Positions 62,042 through 64,000 of a stretch of DNA of 64,000 nucleotides are shown piece by piece. How positions within the stretch are numbered: position 1 is the first letter of the stretch; every line of letters starts with the position of its first letter. The DNA is from Candidatus Cloacimonadales bacterium (GTDB taxonomy: Bacteria; Cloacimonadota; Cloacimonadia; Cloacimonadales; JAIOQZ01): the NCBI GenBank assembly GCA_963674825.1, contig OY771587.1, positions 384,001 to 448,000 of the forward strand, given 5' to 3'. Under the pieces are notes generated by a model that did no database searches, had not been told where the DNA came from, and worked only from the letters and a program-made list of their open reading frames with translations. A program made the position numbers and the translations under genes.

Positions 62042-62230
62042 AATCCTGTAGGAACGACAGATACGTAGCCCAGGGTGTAAACCCTGGGTAAACGATCGCA
62101 CCAGCCTCACACCCTCCGCCCGATAGGTTCGTTCGATCGCGAGCAGCCGTGTTCATTCCCGACGAAGACGGGGTGTTACACGGCGTCGCGAGGGGATCGG
62201 GCGAAGATACGGGTGGATGCAATAACTCCA
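62042..62230 (+). repeat. REP-like plus long-hairpin composite repeat, copy C
   Basis: GTAG-cccagggt-GTAA-accctggg hairpin followed by the shared ~130-nt core. Confidence 0.9.
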
Positions 62231-62298
62231 GCGGTGGGCATCCGCGTAACTTGTCAGAGAACCACCATTTGAGAACGATCTCTCTCTACTCCCTTCTA

Positions 62299-62334
62299 CC
62301 TCTACCCGCTTGCGGGAGAGGGCTGGGGTGAGGG
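62299..62334. repeat. Short palindromic element of the CCTCTCCC..GGGAGAGGG..GGGGTGAGGG type
   Basis: cctct(a)cccgc-tt-gcgggagagg hairpin followed by ctggggtgaggg. Confidence 0.6.
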
Positions 62335-62338
62335 CAAC

Positions 62339-62365
62339 AAAAAAAGGCGACCCTTATGGATCGCC
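62339..62365 (-). terminator. Rho-independent terminator of iorAB
   Basis: Minus strand GGCGATCC-ATAA-GGGTCGCC followed by T7. Confidence 0.85.
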
Positions 62366-62389
62366 CTCAATATATTCAGCGTAATTAGC

Positions 62390-62965
62390 TTATTGACTAA
62401 CGGCTTCTTGTCCTGCTCTGAGCGCTTTGATGTTGAGATCTACGACCTCTTCACCTTTGCGACCGAAGATGAAACGAATACCGTCTTCGAGCTTCTCGAT
62501 GGGAATATCGAGGTAATCCGCGGCGGCACCGAGCATCACGATGTTGGATGCGCGAGCATTGCCGAGATTTTTCGCAATCGCTTCCGCGTCGATGAGTTTG
62601 AAGTTCTTGTGCTTCTTCACTTCCGCGTAGATGCCTTCTACTTCCGGGTAGTTTGTAATGTTCTTGAAGGGATTGGAGCTGGTAATCATCCAACCTTCTT
62701 CCGAAAGGTACGGTACGTAGCGAAGTGCTTCGAGTGGTTCAACGGCGAGGATCATGTCCGCACTTCCGTGCGCGATAAGATCGGAATAGATCGGCTTGCT
62801 GGAGATACGAAGGTGCGACTGAACGTCGCCACCACGCTGGCTCATGCCGTGAACTTCCGCCTGTTTCAGGTGAAGCTCGTTTTCCACAGCGGCGTAACCG
62901 ATAATGGCAGCGATGGAGAGGATACCCTGTCCACCGACTCCGGCGAGGATGATATCTTTCTTCAT
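62390..62965 (-). CDS. iorB: Indolepyruvate:ferredoxin oxidoreductase beta subunit
   Basis: GVGGQG, EVHGMSQRGG.V, EPLEALR, NIVMLGA; ATG 62965 after GGAGG. Confidence 0.93.
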   Translation of the reverse strand: MKKDIILAGVGGQGILSIAAIIGYAAVENELHLKQAEVHGMSQRGGDVQSHLRISSKPIYSDLIAHGSADMILAVEPLEALRYVPYLSEEGWMITSSNPFKNITNYPEVEGIYAEVKKHKNFKLIDAEAIAKNLGNARASNIVMLGAAADYLDIPIEKLEDGIRFIFGRKGEEVVDLNIKALRAGQEAVSQ

Positions 62966-62975
62966 GACTGGCCTC

Positions 62976-63998
62976 CTACCGTTTCTTCTTGTTGTAGACA
63001 TGGATACACGGCCTGCGCGGGATGATCACCGAAACGCCTTCGTACGCGATTTCTTCTTCGATCACCTTCACGTTTTCGTCGTGCAGTCTGCTGAGCGGGT
63101 TGAGCACGCGGATGTGTTCTTTTTCCACGCCAATGCCTTCGCAAATCTTCTCGAGACGGCCGGTCACGGAGGAATCCTGCATACCGGTCATCGCGGTGGT
63201 ATCGTTGTCGAGGATTACAACCACGACATTCGCTTTCTTATAAATCGCGTCGAGCAACCCGGTTATTCCCGAGTGACCGAAGGTCGAATCGCCAATAACA
63301 GCGACAGCCGGGAACAGACCGGCATCGGCAGCGCCAATCGCCATGGTGATGGACGCGCCCATATCGACGCAGGAGTTGATCGCCTTGTACGGAGGCATGA
63401 AGCCAAGAGTGTAGCAGCCGATATCGGAGAAGATGTGTCCTTGACCATACTTCTCGACGACCGCTGCCTTCAGCGCTTTGTAGCTATCGGCATGTGGGCA
63501 GCCAACACAAAGTGCCGGTGGACGTCCTACCATCAGTTTGGGCATCGGCTGAGACGGAAGCGCTGGCATTCCGAGTGCCTTACGCACTGTCGCAGGGTTG
63601 AGCTCGCCATCCCAGGAGAGGGTTCCGTCCATGCGTCCTTTGATCTTCAGGGTGTTGTCGAGGTAGCCGCGAAGCATCTCTTCGACCAACGGCATTCCTT
63701 CTTCTACCAGAAGAAGCTCGTCACATTCGGCGGCGATCTTTTCGATCATCTTTCTCGGCAGCGGATACTGACCGATCTTGACCAGCGGATGAGGACAGCC
63801 ATCAGGATAGTTTTCCATTACATAATTATATCCGAGTCCACAGGCGATGATGCCCAGCGACCTATCCGCACCGTCGAAATAGTGATTGAACGGTGATTCT
63901 TCAGAGGCTTTGACCATCTCGGCCTGTTTCTCGAGGTGATTTTTGTACTTAGCACGAGCAAACGCTGGAAGCAGCATGAACTGATTCGGATCGGTCGG
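62976..63998 (-). CDS. iorA: Indolepyruvate:ferredoxin oxidoreductase alpha subunit (5'-partial)
   Basis: RPPALCVGCPH, DIGCYTLG, GDSTFGHSG, LDNDTTAMTG; frame open to the window edge. Confidence 0.93.
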   Translation of the reverse strand, partial: PTDPNQFMLLPAFARAKYKNHLEKQAEMVKASEESPFNHYFDGADRSLGIIACGLGYNYVMENYPDGCPHPLVKIGQYPLPRKMIEKIAAECDELLLVEEGMPLVEEMLRGYLDNTLKIKGRMDGTLSWDGELNPATVRKALGMPALPSQPMPKLMVGRPPALCVGCPHADSYKALKAAVVEKYGQGHIFSDIGCYTLGFMPPYKAINSCVDMGASITMAIGAADAGLFPAVAVIGDSTFGHSGITGLLDAIYKKANVVVVILDNDTTAMTGMQDSSVTGRLEKICEGIGVEKEHIRVLNPLSRLHDENVKVIEEEIAYEGVSVIIPRRPCIHVYNKKKR

Positions 63999-64000
63999 TT

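Noticed and set aside
60694..62331. Small similar ORFs at 60694-60897 and 61953-62331
   Set aside because: Their similarity comes from the DNA repeat; indels between the copies break the frame.

Overview
Bacterial chromosomal window with dense coding. Lineage is inferred as Cloacimonadota (FCB group): secreted proteins end in 'YPNP...EIFNIRGQ.V...W.G.D......SGIYF' FlgD/T9SS-type sorting domains, a C25 peptidase is present, and iorAB indicates an anaerobe. Left part (1-21 kb), accessory and secreted genes: GLUG protein, NCS2 permease with an RsbW-like tail, MrfA/Hrq1 helicase with an inserted HNH domain head-to-head with an SprT-like protease, phosphodiesterase, C25 peptidase, S74 fibre and its partner. 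Middle (21-41 kb), housekeeping and envelope genes: TPR protein, activase, M16 peptidase, folE2, apbE, yggS, divergent plsY, ceramide-synthase-like GNAT, beta-barrel, BatA, radical SAM, lon, mgtE. 41.4-57 kb: the tuf-S10-spc-alpha cluster on the minus strand, with no adk and no fusA/rpsG/rpsL. Right end: DUF2007-pyrE and pdxA-methyltransferase fusions, rnhB, an AT-rich PIN-like gene bracketed by two ~190-bp structured direct repeats, and iorAB. Best leads: (1) a three-copy long-hairpin/REP-like repeat family with compensatory changes; (2) the repeat-bracketed PIN cassette; (3) the helicase-HNH/SprT pair; (4) the permease-RsbW fusion; (5) the plsY-like/bCerS-like lipid pair. No rRNA, tRNA, CRISPR array, transposase or integrase was seen. 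All family calls come from motif recognition by eye; no database searches were run.
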